From: Chiloscyllium plagiosum
Taxonomy: Eukaryota
Assembly (NCBI RefSeq): GCF_004010195.1
Contig: NC_057719.1
Location: 69,378,401 to 69,442,400 of the forward strand
Length of the DNA stretch: 64,000 nt
Direction of reading: 5' to 3'
A model generated the notes under the pieces. That model saw nothing but the letters and a program-made list of their open reading frames with translations. It searched no databases and had not been told where the DNA came from. Positions 39,061-52,087 of this stretch are shown here, one piece after another. The position numbers were made by a program, and so were the translations under genes. Numbering within the stretch: position 1 is the first letter of the stretch; each line of letters starts with the position of its first letter.

Positions 39061-41888
39061 TGTGACTTGTAACCACGTAAATGAGTAGTATATAGTATTT
39101 TATAGGTATTGAACAGTTGATATGAACCAAGGTCTGACACCTGCTGTGTGCTGAATTAGCTTTCTCAACTAGCTTAGCATCCATGACAAGATTATATTGC
39201 TTTAGAAGGGGCAATTAAGAATCGTTGATCAGAATTTCAATTATACTCAAATTAGAATAAATATGAAGTACTGCATAATCCTAGTAGCCAAGCAAGGTGA
39301 TGTGGTCATTGCAGTGAAGGTACAAGATTGATTTAGGACTACAATCAGCAAATTGACAAAATTAGTATAGTTAAAAACCATAAACAAAGAACTCTTGTGG
39401 CATGACCGCTGGTTAAAAGTTCAGGGTTCAAGATTTGCCTGCACCTGAGGTATATCACAACATGCCTGAATAAGTTGATTAAGAATTCAGGAATTTTCAA
39501 AATTTCTTCATATTCTATTTAACGGATTATAGTAAAAGTTGGATTAAGTTTTATGAATGAATAAGCTATCTACATTTCTATGATAATTTCACATTCCTCA
39601 CAGTACCACCATGTGTCAGATCAGAAACTTCAATCTGATGCTGAATTGGAGATGCTGATACTTACAGTCGAACAGTGGGTAACTTCAATACCAAAAGCTT
39701 GTACGCACAAAGGTCACAAATGAAATGGCAGCATCTAATGCCATCATCAAATTCCTCTCACTACACAGTTCATAACAGGCTCAGTACAGTACATAGAATT
39801 ACTTACAAGTCACAACATGGAAATAGGCCATTTGGCTTAAGCAAATGTTGGGTTTTTATCCTCCTCACAAGCCATAGTTTAAATCCATTCCCCATTCTTC
39901 TCATATTCCTTTAACTATAAATTTAATCTTTTTAATGTGGATTCCACCACCAATTGTGGTGGTGCATTCAGAAGGCTCTAAATCTTTTGCCTGAATCTAA
40001 CTTTATAACTAGATCTCATCTGGACCTCTCAACTATGAGAAATAATCCATTTCAATCTATTAATTTTTTGCCTAATTTCAAACACTTCCATCAAACCATT
40101 TTTTAATCTCCTTTGTTCTAATGAAATGAGCCCCAATTTTGTAAATCAGTCTTCATATTTATATTTCTTTGCCAGATAGCGCCAAGTGAATCATTGCAAT
40201 CTTGTTTGCAAGATGCCCAAAACTACATATCATTTTACCTATGCTCTTGCTCAGAATACAGAGGTTAGCAAGTGTTGCGAAGATTTGTAGCTCAGGTTGA
40301 GATCCTAGGTTTGCTCGCTGAGCTGGAAGGTTCATTTTCAGAAGCTTCATCACCATACGAGGTAACATCTTCAGTGAGCCTCTGGACGAAGTACTGATGT
40401 TTCCTGCTTTCTATTTATACGTTTGGGTTTCCTATGGTGAGGCCACGTCATTTCCTGTTCTTTTTACCAGGGGGTGGTAAATGGAGTCCAAATCGATGCG
40501 TTTTTCGATAGAGTTCTGGTTGGAATGCCATGCTTCTAGGAATTCTTGTATGTGTCTCTGTTTGGCTTGTCCTAGGATGGATGTGTTGTCCCAGTTGAAG
40601 TGGATTCCTTCTTTAGCTCTATGTAAGAATACTAGTGAGAGAGGGTCATGTCGTTTTGTGGCTAGTTGATGTTCATACATCCTGGTGGCTAGTTTTCTGC
40701 CTGTTATCCAATGTAGCATTTGTTACAGTTCTTGCGAGGTATTTTGTAAATGACATTAGTTTTTGCTTGTTATCTGTATTGGGTCTTTCAAGTTCATTAG
40801 CTGCTGTTTTAGTGTGGTGATGGGTTTGTGGGCTACCATGATGCCAAGGGGTCTGAGTAGTCTGACAGTCATTTCCAAGATGTTTTTGATGCAGGGAAGA
40901 ATGGCTAGGATTTTTGGACGTGTTTTGTTTGGGTTTGTTGCTGAGAAAATCGGTGGACTGTGTTCATTGGGTACCCATTCTATTTGAATACATGGTATAG
41001 GTGATTTTCCTCTGTTCTGCGTAATTCCTCTGCGCTGGCTCATTGAAATAATGTTCTGATGCAGCTTCATTTGTGCGTGTTGGGATGATTGCTTCTGTAG
41101 TTCAATATTTGATCCATAGGTGTCGTTTTCCTGGAGATGCTGGTTTGAAGTTTCCCATTGGCTGTTCGCCCTACTGTGACATCTAGGAATGGCAGTTTGT
41201 TGTTGCTTTCCTCCACTTTATTGAATTTTATGCCAGTAAGGGTATTATTGATGGTCTTGAAGGTTTCCTCTAATTTGTTTTGTTTAGTAATGACAAAGGT
41301 GTCAATCATGTAGCGGATCCAAGTTTGGGTTGGACGGTTGACCGAGCTGTTTGTTTGAGTTTCTGCATTACTGTCTCTACTAAGAACCCGGATATCGGAG
41401 GTCCCATGGGTTGGTTTGTTTGTAGGCTTTATTGTTGAAGGTGAAATGGGTGGTAAGGCATAGGTCCACTAGTTTGATGATACGGTCCTTGCTGATGAAG
41501 TTAGTGGTGTTTGGTGTCTGTGTCTTTGGGTCACCTGATACTGTAGTCAGTGTTTTCTTGACCAGGTTGATGTTGATTGATGTAAACTGGGCTATTACAT
41601 CAAATGAGACCATTATTTCATCCTCCTCGATCTTAGTGCCTTTGATGGTCTTCAGCAATTCTTTGGTGGAGTGGATGGAGTGGCGGGAGTCTTCTACTAA
41701 GTGTTTTCATCTTTGGCATAGCTCCTTGGCCAATCTGCAAGTTGGTGTTCCAGGTAGCGAGACTATGCATCTAAGGAGGGCTCCTGGTTTGCAAATTTTG
41801 AGTAATCCATAGAAGTGTAGCATGTTGGATCCATCCAGTTTAATTTTTTGGAACTCTGTCTTATTTATTTCTCCAGATTTCAGAAGTT

Positions 41889-42348
41889 CTAGTCCCCCCT
41901 GCCAGCACCTGCCCCATATCCCTCCAAACCCCTCCTATTAACATACCAATCCAGATGCCTTTTAAATGCTGCAATTGTACCAGCCTCCACCACTTCCTCT
42001 GGCAGCTCATTCCATATACGTACCACCCCCTGCGTGAAAAAGTTGCCCCTTAGGTCTCTTATGTCTTTCCCCTCTCACCCGAAACCTATGCCCTCCAGTT
42101 CTGGAATCCCCCACTCCTGGGAAAACATTTGTCTATTTATCCTATCCATGCCCCTCATGATTTTATAAACCGCTATAAAGTCATCCCTCAGCCTCCATCG
42201 CTCCAGGGAAAACAGCCCAAGCCTGTTCAGCCTCTCCCTCAAATCCTCCAATCCTGGCAACATTCTTGTAAATCTTTTCTGAACCCTTTCACGTTTCACA
42301 ACATCCTTCTGATAGGAAGGAGACCAGAATGACACGCAATATTCCAAC
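41889..42348 (-). mobile_element. CR1/HER1 3' fragment nested in the Penelope element
   Basis: ORF 42075-42428 switches from Penelope (DYIEKVNALLAD) to CR1 (LEYCVSFWSP...ERVQKRFTRMLPG). Confidence 0.9.
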
Positions 42349-42429
42349 AGCTTGTTGGTAAGTGTGGTATCTGCAAGTAGTGCATTCACTTTTTCAATGT
42401 AGTCTCTTTGATATAAAATGACTGTCAAG

Positions 42430-42670
42430 AATCCTTTGTATGCAGATAGGATAACAATGTTTTTATCTTTATTAGTCTTTCTAGTGCTTTCCTTTATTGT
42501 GTATTGAGTGTGTATCCTTCCTTTTTCCTGCTTTTAGTTGATGCTACCAAATCCTTTGTATGCAGATAGGATAACAATGTTTTTATCTTTTATTAGTCTT
42601 TCTAGTGCTTTCCTTTATTGTGTATTGAGTGTGTATCCTTCCTTTTTCCTGCTTTTAGTTGATGCTACCA
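42430..42670 (+). repeat. Near-perfect 120/121-bp tandem duplication
   Basis: 42430-42549 and 42550-42670 differ only by one extra T. Confidence 0.95.
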
Positions 42671-42685
42671 TAAATGAAGTTGCAT

Positions 42686-43453
42686 CAGAACATTATTTCA
42701 ACGAGCCATCACACACTGCAGCACAGATGAACTATGCAGAGCAGAGGAAAATCACCTATACATCGTATTCAAAAAGAATGGGTACGCAGTCTGTCGATTT
42801 CTCAGAAACAAACCCAAACAAACAGACAAAACACGTCCAGAAACCCTAGCCACTCTCCCCTACATCAAAGACATCTCGGAAATGACTGCCAGACTACTCA
42901 GACCCCTTGGCATCATGAGAGCCCACAAACCCACCAACACACTAAAACAGTAGCTAATGAACTTGAAAGACCCTATACACACAAGCAAAACTAATTTCAT
43001 TTACAAAATACCTTGCAAGAACTGTAACAAACACTACATTGGACAAAAAGGCAGAAAACTAGCCACCAAGATACATGAACATCAACTAGCCAAAAAAACA
43101 TAACCCTCTCTCACTCGTGTCTTTACACTAAGGAAGGACACCACTTCGACTGGGACATATCCATCCTTGGACAAGCCAAATAGAGACACGCACAAGAATT
43201 CCTAGAGGCATTGCATTCCAACCGGAACTCTTAACACCACATTGACTTGGATCCCATTTACCACCCCCTGAGAAAAAGAACAGGAATGCAATCACCACAG
43301 GAAATGCCAACAACCCAAGGAAACCCAAACATATAAATAGAAAACAGGAAACATCAGCAGTGCTTCGCCAAGAGGCTTACTGACTATGTTACCTAGTATG
43401 GTGACGAAAAGTCTGAAAACAAACCTTCCAGCTCAGCAAGCAAACCTACATCT
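42686..43453 (+). mobile_element. Inverted partner of the family B Penelope element (endonuclease region and pLTR, no tail)
   Basis: Reverse complement of ~40300-41060. ttcatttacaaaataccttgcaagaactgtaacaaacactacattggacaa reads FIYKIPCKNCNKHYIGQ. Confidence 0.9.
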
Positions 43454-44055
43454 AGATTCATAAAGGTTCACTATTGTGTTTTGGATTTTTATATTCTACA
43501 TCTTTCCATAAAACCAGAATCCCATTAGCATTGTTACACTCTTACTCATTCACTGCAAATTGCAGCTTTTTGATGTTTTTGATTTCCTGAACCCCAAATT
43601 TCACTTCTTCCATACTAGCCAGCTTTCTTTTTGCACACAAAGACAATATGCAGATTTATCCATTGATAAAATAAATATTTTGATCTAATATCAAATTCTG
43701 TGCACCTCTTTTTGTGACATCTGTATTTTGTTGCTTGTTTTCATCTCGGAGCCTTCCCACAACATGCTTTTAGCTGCACCCAAGTTGTTTTCTTTTAATT
43801 CCCTTTTAGGATGTAGATGTTGCTAGTTGGCCAATATCTATTAACCTTCCCTCTGGGCATATTCGTGATAATGGCTTTGGGATAACCAGTCATATCTCCT
43901 ACTTGCATGATAAAGTTGCAGAAATACAAGATCTGACTTCATTGCAACTCATTGGCATTCTGGAAAATGAAAAAACACTGCGCACAAGCATTGTTTCCCT
44001 TTGACTAGTACCTTTCCTATTCAGAAAGGGGAGAAGGTCATTTAGCCCATTGAAC

Positions 44056-44699
44056 TGTGAAATATTTTCCCCAGGGTGGATGGGACCAAGTCTTGTTTGA
44101 CAGAAACTGCTGTTTCCAGGTATTCTTTATTATATATATAGATGCAACAATTTAAAAAGGCTATTTTGTCCTGCCTTTTTTTTGGAAGATAAATCATAAA
44201 TACAGAGGTGATGAGGAGTCTAGGGGTTTAACAGTTTAACATTGGAGGAGGACTGGCCAGTTCTCCCAGATCAGGTTTTCTCCAGTTTGTTTTTGCTGTA
44301 GCAGTTACAAGATATTGGAGTCCAGGATTCCTCTGACTTTCTCTGAAATCTCTCTCTGGATGTTATTCTTAAAGGTAGGAGGGAACAAGTGTTTGAATTT
44401 ATATTTTTTGCCAAGGGGTGGGTTTATAAGATGTTACTTTATTGGAACAGTTAATTAGTTAAGTAGTTGTATCGGGTCAGTTAAGTTTTCCAATAATTAA
44501 GTTATTCTAAGTTCTGTTTTCTTTTGTTAATGTTTCAATTGTAGTGTTTAAATAAATTGTTTTGCTTAAAGCAAAGTGGTTTGACCAGTTGCATCACACT
44601 TTGAACACCCACTTCACACCTGCTTTTAAATTAAGAAAAAATGTTATGTCTAAGCTAACTTTTGAAAATTTTGAAGGGGTTCTGGCCTGGTCCATAACA
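44056..44699. mobile_element. Probable solo LTR
   Basis: TGT...ggggttctggcctggtccataACA ends, internal AATAAA (~44552), T-rich body. TSD not confirmed. Confidence 0.45.
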
Positions 44700-45737
44700 A
44701 AAGTGAAATTAAATTTAGGCAGACTAATAAAATTTCATGATTGTCAGATATATAATTTGACAGCAACTTTAAAATTTCTCCAACAAGGACAAAATTGAGC
44801 TCAAAACACAATCATGAGCCATTGTGTACCAGCCACTGAAGCCCAGGTTTCTCAATTTTATACATTATGGATTATAGTGGATTGCATCTTCATGCAACAC
44901 ACCTAAGAGAGCTATTTAAACAGAACTATTTCTTTTACATAATGGAAAGCAGCTTTCAGATCCTGACAAAATTGAACAACACGCTGGTGAGCAGTTAGAA
45001 GTATAATTAGGCATCAACTTCTCGAAGAATATTTTTAATGGCATAAACTATTTTGACCATCATTGTCCCTATAGATTTCAAGTTTCACGCATGCAGCAAT
45101 TACTGTTAATAGCTTCTATACTTCAAATTTCTGCTCCTGACTGTTGCTCAGGATATAACGAGGTATGTTCCTCCAATCCTTGCTTCTTTAGAAATAAAGA
45201 TGTAAAAAGGTACTGAAATTAAAGGCACATCAGGGTCAGTTCCAGAGCCCCTCCAACCAACATGACATTGCCAAATGAGTATCAGAAAGCATTAATTCAG
45301 ATCTGCCAGTATGCCCAAGTAGCACTTTGAGTTAGGATTGCATTTACTACCTTGGTAATCTGCACTTTAATTAGTAATAGGTTTATGGAATGAAGCCAAC
45401 AATTTCTGCCAGTGAGAGAGAAACTACATCAAGAGTGATTGGGTCTCTGGGTCATGGAATTTCCAACAACTGTAGATAAATTCTGTGCATTGGAGGAATT
45501 ATCATTTACACTCTATGGTCAGGGGACAGAAAAGAGACCTCACCATAAAAGAGCAATCTCACAGATCTAAACAATAGAGGAAACTATTAGAGGGGGATGG
45601 CATGGTCAACTGCAACAGCAGAAATGAGTGAGAACAGATAAAACATCATGATCACAGTAAAATGGTTTCAATCATCATTTTCCAGCAGGCAGTTTTGGTA
45701 CTAAGTTTTGAACATTGCTCATAAGTTTTGAAGATTA

Positions 45738-46072
45738 GGGCAGCATGGTGGCTCAGTGGTTAGCAGTGCTGCCTCACAGCGCCAGGTACCCAGGTTTGAT
45801 TCCAGCCTCGGGCAACTGCCCGTGTGGAGTTTGCACATTCTCCCCATGTATGCATGGGTTTCCTCCCACAGTCCAAAGATACACTGGTTAGGTGAATTAG
45901 CCAAGCTAAATTACCCATATAGTGTTCAGAGATGTGTAGGTTAGGTGCACTAGTCAGGAGTAAATGTAGAGTAATGGGATAGGGGAACTGGTCTGGGTGG
46001 GTCACCCTTCAGAGGGCTGGTATGGACTTGTTGGGTAAGGGACACGTTTCCACACGGTAGGCATTCTATGAA
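45738..46072 (+). mobile_element. HE1-type V-SINE, older subfamily
   Basis: gggcagcatggtggctcagtggttagc head, V-domain and attctatg-type tail. Confidence 0.88.
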
Positions 46073-48060
46073 TAGGAAATTACAGTTGAGCTGGGAAGCA
46101 GTAACCTATTTTAGAGGGAAGGCATGTCGAACAATCAAATGTAGCTGTTAAGGACATATGGTGTTTTTTTGTAAGGCTGAAGTTAAGGGAGAAGGGGGAG
46201 GAGAAGAAAATAATGGGAAATAGAAGTTAAGGGGCAGGAAAGAAAAATGATTACCACGCTAAACATGTCGAAATTCACATGCAGATAGTATCTCAAATCT
46301 GGTTATCCAAACTGAAGTTGTCTGAAGCTGCCATGTATCAATTTATTTGTTAATAATGTCTAAAATAACAGTGTGACAATTTGGCTAGGTGCTGTATGGG
46401 TTTGTTAAGATTAGTCCCTGGTTTTGTAAGGTCTTTCCTCAGAGTCAGAGCAACCCTTGACCAACATCCTCTTAGAGTGATGAAAAGCCCCTGAGAAGTT
46501 CCATACAAGCTATGGAGATCTCTGTGGCGACAAAGGGAATGTTGCCCTCAACACTACTCATCTCAAGTACTTTGAATCTCACACTGTATGTAAGTCAGCC
46601 TCATTTTTAAATGTTTTTATTAAAAATCTATTACATACTCAGTTTTATTTTGAAAATAAACTTTGCTGCCTGATTTCATTCATCTCCCAATAATTAATCG
46701 GGTTCCAATTTTTTTCCCCCTGAACACCAGCAAAATCCGAAATCTGGCATGGATTTGGTCCCAAGGTTGACAGACGTAAGACATTATACCAGTGTTACAG
46801 ATCTACAAAGCATCTATTGCCTTATATTACAGTGATGTATTGTTTCGGTAAATTACTATATTATAATGATGAGTGAATTTGCTGACATATTTTGTTTATT
46901 CTAATGCGTCTCAAGCCAAACAGAAACTAGTCTGTACTTATGCTCAGCTGGATTTACAGTTGCAACAACCATGAAAAATATCCAACACAAGACACCCAAG
47001 CACACCACCTTAAAGGGTTTCTCCACCACTGGCACATGACCAGTGTGTTCTACCTACCAGATGCATTGTGGCATGCAAGAGAATGTCAAATAAGAAGTTA
47101 CACACAATTCATTAATCAGGTGCAGTGAGTTGTACTGTCCATAAATCATAAGACAGGCAGAAATTCCTTTTTCAAATCTACAGATGCACTATTCCTCTAA
47201 ATACTCCCATTTTCCCCCAAAAGACCACACATTACAATTACGAATTTCCATAACATTGTTTTGGATTCTATTTTTTCCCTGTTCATATAGAATCTATGTT
47301 GTAGATTTGTGCTGTCAAATACAAAATGGAGAAATCCTAATATAAAACAGTGTTATTTTCCTTGTAATGTTAATACAGGGAAAAAAATCTTTCAATTTGC
47401 ACATTTGTGCTTTTAAAAACAAAATTACTAAATTCCACAATTATATGATGCATCATGCTCAGAGGCCTGCACATAGATTAAGCAACAATGATTAAAATTA
47501 AAAACCAGTACTTCATTTCAGGTCATTTACAATTAATTTGATGATTGTTGTCAATAACATTTATTCATTTAATGAGTGAAAACAGGACGGAAATATCATT
47601 TTAAAAAAGGAACTCTGGCACAAACTCCTGAGCCAAAGCAGAAATAATATAACCTTCAAACAGTTTTACAACAATGCAAAAAGAGAGTGGGGCATTCAAA
47701 AAGCTTATTTTCTTTTTTTCAGGTGGCTAGCCATTGAATTTTAGAAGCAACTGTTTGACGACAGTTACCCTAACTGTTTCATTTGCTATGAAAAATCTCA
47801 AATCTAGTTACTAAATATCTTACATTTATGTACTGCTAAATGGTAAAAAGTACAGTATTTTCATAGATGAATGATTAAAAGCAACATAAAGGGCACATAC
47901 TGCTGAAAAGAGGATTCTAGATCAATGTGACCTGGGAATTAATGTGCACAAATCATTGAAAATGACAGGCAAGCTAAGAAAAGAATAACTTTTAAAACTA
48001 TATAAAGATCTTGGACTTTATATCCTGGGAAACAAGCTGAGTTGGAACAGAGCTCTGTTC

Positions 48061-48108
48061 AATAATAATTATTATTATTATTATAAATTATTATTTATTA
48101 TTATTATT
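48061..48108. repeat. (AAT/ATT)n microsatellite
   Basis: Direct reading of the sequence. Confidence 0.85.
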
Positions 48109-48550
48109 GAAGTCCAGATTATACAAATCCAAACAGCATGAGCACCCACTATTCCATCAGTTTCACCTGGTGTGTGAATGAGTGTGGAAATGGGTGAGGG
48201 CAGAAAGGTGAAAGGAAGTTGCAGTTATTTCATTAGTGCAGCATCCTTGAAAAGAGTTGTGTCACCTGGGATGCCAAACAATTTATGGGTTTAGGAATTT
48301 GAAGAAAATATCAAAATATACTAGAGTTTCCTTGGAGAACCTGGCAACACAAATTTTTGAAAGAAACCAATTGTGTGCGAGGGGAGGGTGGAAACAAAAA
48401 CTATTCTTGGAATTTCAATGAGATTTTAAAAAATGACAAAAGCATTGTAGGGTATCCGTAGTGGGAGACTCGAGTTCAGATTGGTAGATAGCTCCAAGTG
48501 GTTATGAAGGCATTAGCTGTCTTTTATCTGGGCTAAAATTATAAAGAAAT

Positions 48551-49050
48551 NNNNNNNNNNNNNNNNNNNNNNNNNNNNNNNNNNNNNNNNNNNNNNNNNN
48601 NNNNNNNNNNNNNNNNNNNNNNNNNNNNNNNNNNNNNNNNNNNNNNNNNNNNNNNNNNNNNNNNNNNNNNNNNNNNNNNNNNNNNNNNNNNNNNNNNNNN
48701 NNNNNNNNNNNNNNNNNNNNNNNNNNNNNNNNNNNNNNNNNNNNNNNNNNNNNNNNNNNNNNNNNNNNNNNNNNNNNNNNNNNNNNNNNNNNNNNNNNNN
48801 NNNNNNNNNNNNNNNNNNNNNNNNNNNNNNNNNNNNNNNNNNNNNNNNNNNNNNNNNNNNNNNNNNNNNNNNNNNNNNNNNNNNNNNNNNNNNNNNNNNN
48901 NNNNNNNNNNNNNNNNNNNNNNNNNNNNNNNNNNNNNNNNNNNNNNNNNNNNNNNNNNNNNNNNNNNNNNNNNNNNNNNNNNNNNNNNNNNNNNNNNNNN
49001 NNNNNNNNNNNNNNNNNNNNNNNNNNNNNNNNNNNNNNNNNNNNNNNNNN
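48551..49050. other. Assembly gap (500 N)
   Basis: Run of N; the true gap size is unknown. Confidence 1.
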
Positions 49051-49141
49051 TTAGAGAGGTGCTGGAAAAGCACAGCAGTTCAGGCAGCACCCGAGGAGCA
49101 GGAAAATCAACATTTCGGGCAAAAGCCCTTCATCAGGAATT
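49051..49141 (-). mobile_element. Penelope-like pLTR fragment (family A) abutting the gap
   Basis: gctggaaaagcacagcag...tttcgggcaaaagcccttcatcaggaat. Confidence 0.85.
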
Positions 49142-50230
49142 CCCAGTGAGCTGAACAGTTTATAGCTGTGAATGTGATATAGAGAAGGGGAGGTGATGTT
49201 CTTTGTTCTGCAGTAAAAAGTATGTAAAGTGTGAAGAAAACCAATTTATTTTTTCTCATCAGCTGCTGTTGCTTTTAACCAATAGGTCAAAGACTTCATA
49301 AGTTACAAACCAGTCGGTCTCCAGAAAGCAAGTTAAATACCTGGAGGACAGAGATAGAGGAAATGCAAGTAATGACAAGCCAAAAAGGATTATCTCAGCG
49401 AACCCTGTGGACAGGGATCATTGAACTGCCTTTCCAGTTTTCATCCACCTGTAACACCAAATGTTTGCAATTATATCTATTTGTATTTGTGTGTAGGAGG
49501 AGTTTTATAAGGGGGTTAGAGTTGTAACTAGTAGAGCTACATATCAACAATTTAGTTGGTTACATACAGCTAGACAATATTTATTTGCAATAAATATTAA
49601 GTACAGAAACCAAGTAGGTGCTTTATGTTAATCTGAATGTAAAAAAGGTATATTGGTGACTTTTGTATACTGACAAAATCTTTAACTTTTGAGACATTTC
49701 AGGAATAGTGGCGAGTATGTCAGCATGCTACCAATGATACATTGTATCTACCTATTTTCTGAAAACTGTTTTTATTACTGACATGACAAAATGCTGGAGA
49801 ATGCAGTAGGTCTGGCAGCGTCAATGGAGAAACAGATAATTTTGAGACCAATGGAAAAGAGGTAATAAAGTGATGTTTTTTATGGTATCGACAAAGGGGA
49901 ATAGCAGTACAGGAAAGATATAGGTTTTAATGGTAAGTGTCAATAGCAGAAAATAAGTCAGCTCTGTTAACAAACCCATATAAAATGGACAAACATTTTA
50001 TGCTCACACTTGTGTTCCCTTGCCCCAAGGTGATGGAACATCACTTTACTTTCTACTAGAGCACATAACCTTCAGGATTCTACACTGGGTTCTACATCTT
50101 CAGAACATGAACAATACCCTCAATTTTGAGTATACACCCCTCCCCCAGTCTTATTTGCATGGATATGCTTTCTGTAACCCTGCTCTAAGTGGTGTAGTTA
50201 AAATTTATGATTAACTCTTAATAAAAAAAT

Positions 50231-50355
50231 CAAAGAACTGTGGATGCTGAAAATCAAACAAAAACAGAAATTGATAGAAAAGCTCAGCAGGTTTGGCAGC
50301 ACCTGTTGAGAGAAATCAGTTAATTTTTTGTGTCCAGTGACCCTTCCTCAGAACA
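50231..50355 (-). mobile_element. Old Penelope-like terminal fragment (family C)
   Basis: caaagaactgtggatgctg...aagctcagcaggtttggcagca...tccagtgacccttcctcagaac. Confidence 0.65.
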
Positions 50356-51091
50356 CCTATGATTAACACCTATCTTCCATCTCTAGATCTTTTCTCTACC
50401 ACCATTAGCACCAACTGTCTTTTGCTCTACACACCTTCGCCATCTGATGCCAGACCTATAAGTTTTTCCAAGACTTGCAGTTTTTATTTCAGACTTCCAG
50501 TAACTGCACTACTTTGCTTTTAATTGGTGGTAGCACCATATCTTGTCTTAATTCTGTATTCTGAACAACAAGGACTAGTTTATACATTGCTGAGCTCTGA
50601 ATGGCTCAATGAGAGACAATATTAATGATTTAAAGGTTCCAGAAAAAAAAAAGTGTCATGTCCTCCAAAGTACCAATAAAAAGACTGCTCCAATTTACAA
50701 ACCAACAATTCCATAAACCTGGAACAGAAGTCCTGGATTTTAATGTCCTGAAATATTTGGCAAGGCAATACTCTCAGTACTACAATGTAGCTCAGCTCAA
50801 ATTGTGACGTCCATAATTTGGTTTGAATCCATGACCTTTTGAATTAGGGAACAGAAAAATGTTACCTTCTAACACCGTCCAGCCAATATTTGCGGCAGAA
50901 TACATTTATACAAGACAATAAAGCCAAACAGGCACAAAGCTCTCAAAAACATACTGCTTAGGATGAAAATTAATGGAGAAGCTCAAATCAGGACATCTGG
51001 ACAATTTTCATTGGTGCAAGTCTTGTTCGGGTCTGCATACCTGTCAGTCCTGTTATAAAAAAAATGTTACAAGTAGTCTGAAGGGACATGT

Positions 51092-51307
51092 AGGTAAAAA
51101 CAAGGGCTGTAGATGCTGGAGTCTAAATTAGAGTGGTGCTGGAAAAGCACAGCAGGTCAGGCAGCATCCGAGGAGCAGGAAAATTGATGTTTTGGGCAAA
51201 AGCCCTTCATCAGCAATGTAGGGCTTTTGCCCGAAATGTAGATTTTCCTGCTCCTTGGATGCTGCCTGACCTGCTGTGCTTTTTCAGCACCACTCTAATC
51301 TAGACTC
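51092..51307. mobile_element. Penelope-like palindromic insert (family A variant)
   Basis: ~95-bp inverted arms with the tail on the left arm. Perfect 11-bp TSD aagggacatgt (51081-51091 / 51308-51318). Confidence 0.9.
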
Positions 51308-51957
51308 AAGGGACATGTGGTTACATTAAAATCTATGGAGATAATACACAAAGGCTCTAAATGTGTATTTCCCCAAAAAGTGCATGATTAGTTATATTTG
51401 CATACCATGCCTTGCTGCAAGAGCTATAAAGAAAGACAGTTCCAGCTACTTTAGTGTAATGAAGTGAAAAGGCTTCAAACTGGATGAATTTATTTTTTAA
51501 GAAAAAGCCTACTCACATTTTATTGAAACTATTTTACAGAGCACCTAGATGGAAAAGATAAATCGGGATCAATAAAGCTTTTAAAGTATTTTATAGGATT
51601 CTGTCTAGTGTTCATTATACTAAGAATCACCCAACACAAAGGCTATAAAAGCCCATGTTCATTGCTTGTTGTAGACAAATAGTTGGATTTTTTTGCTATT
51701 TTGGCTTTGCAGTTTTGGTTGTATTCAAAACAGCAAAAGTGCGTCAAAATTCAACAATATAGCAAACTATAACCTTTCAAAATCTTGGGTGTGCACTCAT
51801 CGACATCTTTCTTTATTAAGATGCAAGACAATCTTTCAAAAAAGCAATTTATAAAATAAGACTGAAAAATCAATACTATTAAAATCCAATTATTTGTTTA
51901 TTTAACAAGCAGCAGCTATATCTTCACATTGCATGATAGATAGCGATGAAGAGCAAT

Positions 51958-52087
51958 ATTCCTAATGAAGGGCTTTGCCCAAAACATCAATTCTCCTGCT
52001 CCACAGATGCTGCCAGATCTGCTGTGCTTTTCCATTGTCACACTTTTCGGCTCTGACTCTACAGCATTTGTAGTCCTCACTTTCTCA
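51958..52087 (+). mobile_element. Penelope-like pLTR fragment (family A), older, with tail
   Basis: attcctaatgaagggctttgcccaaaacatc...gtcctcactttctc. Confidence 0.8.

Larger units (their letters stand above)
40268..42670 (-). mobile_element. Penelope-like (Poseidon-type, family B) retroelement, decayed RT plus GIY-YIG, interrupted by CR1
   Basis: ORFs 41380-41658 (MVSFDV..LCLTTHFTFNNKAYKQ), 41067-41309 (IKF..EE..NKLPFLDV..RK.T..DQILNYRSNHP) and 40432-40719 (TGRKLATRMYEH). Confidence 0.92.

Noticed and set aside
42075..42428. Apparent Penelope-CR1 fusion protein ORF
   Set aside because: Chance in-frame junction of a nested insertion; both parents are full of stops and frameshifts.
48513..49090. 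Two longest ORFs in the track (183-186 aa)
   Set aside because: They run through the N gap and are artefacts.
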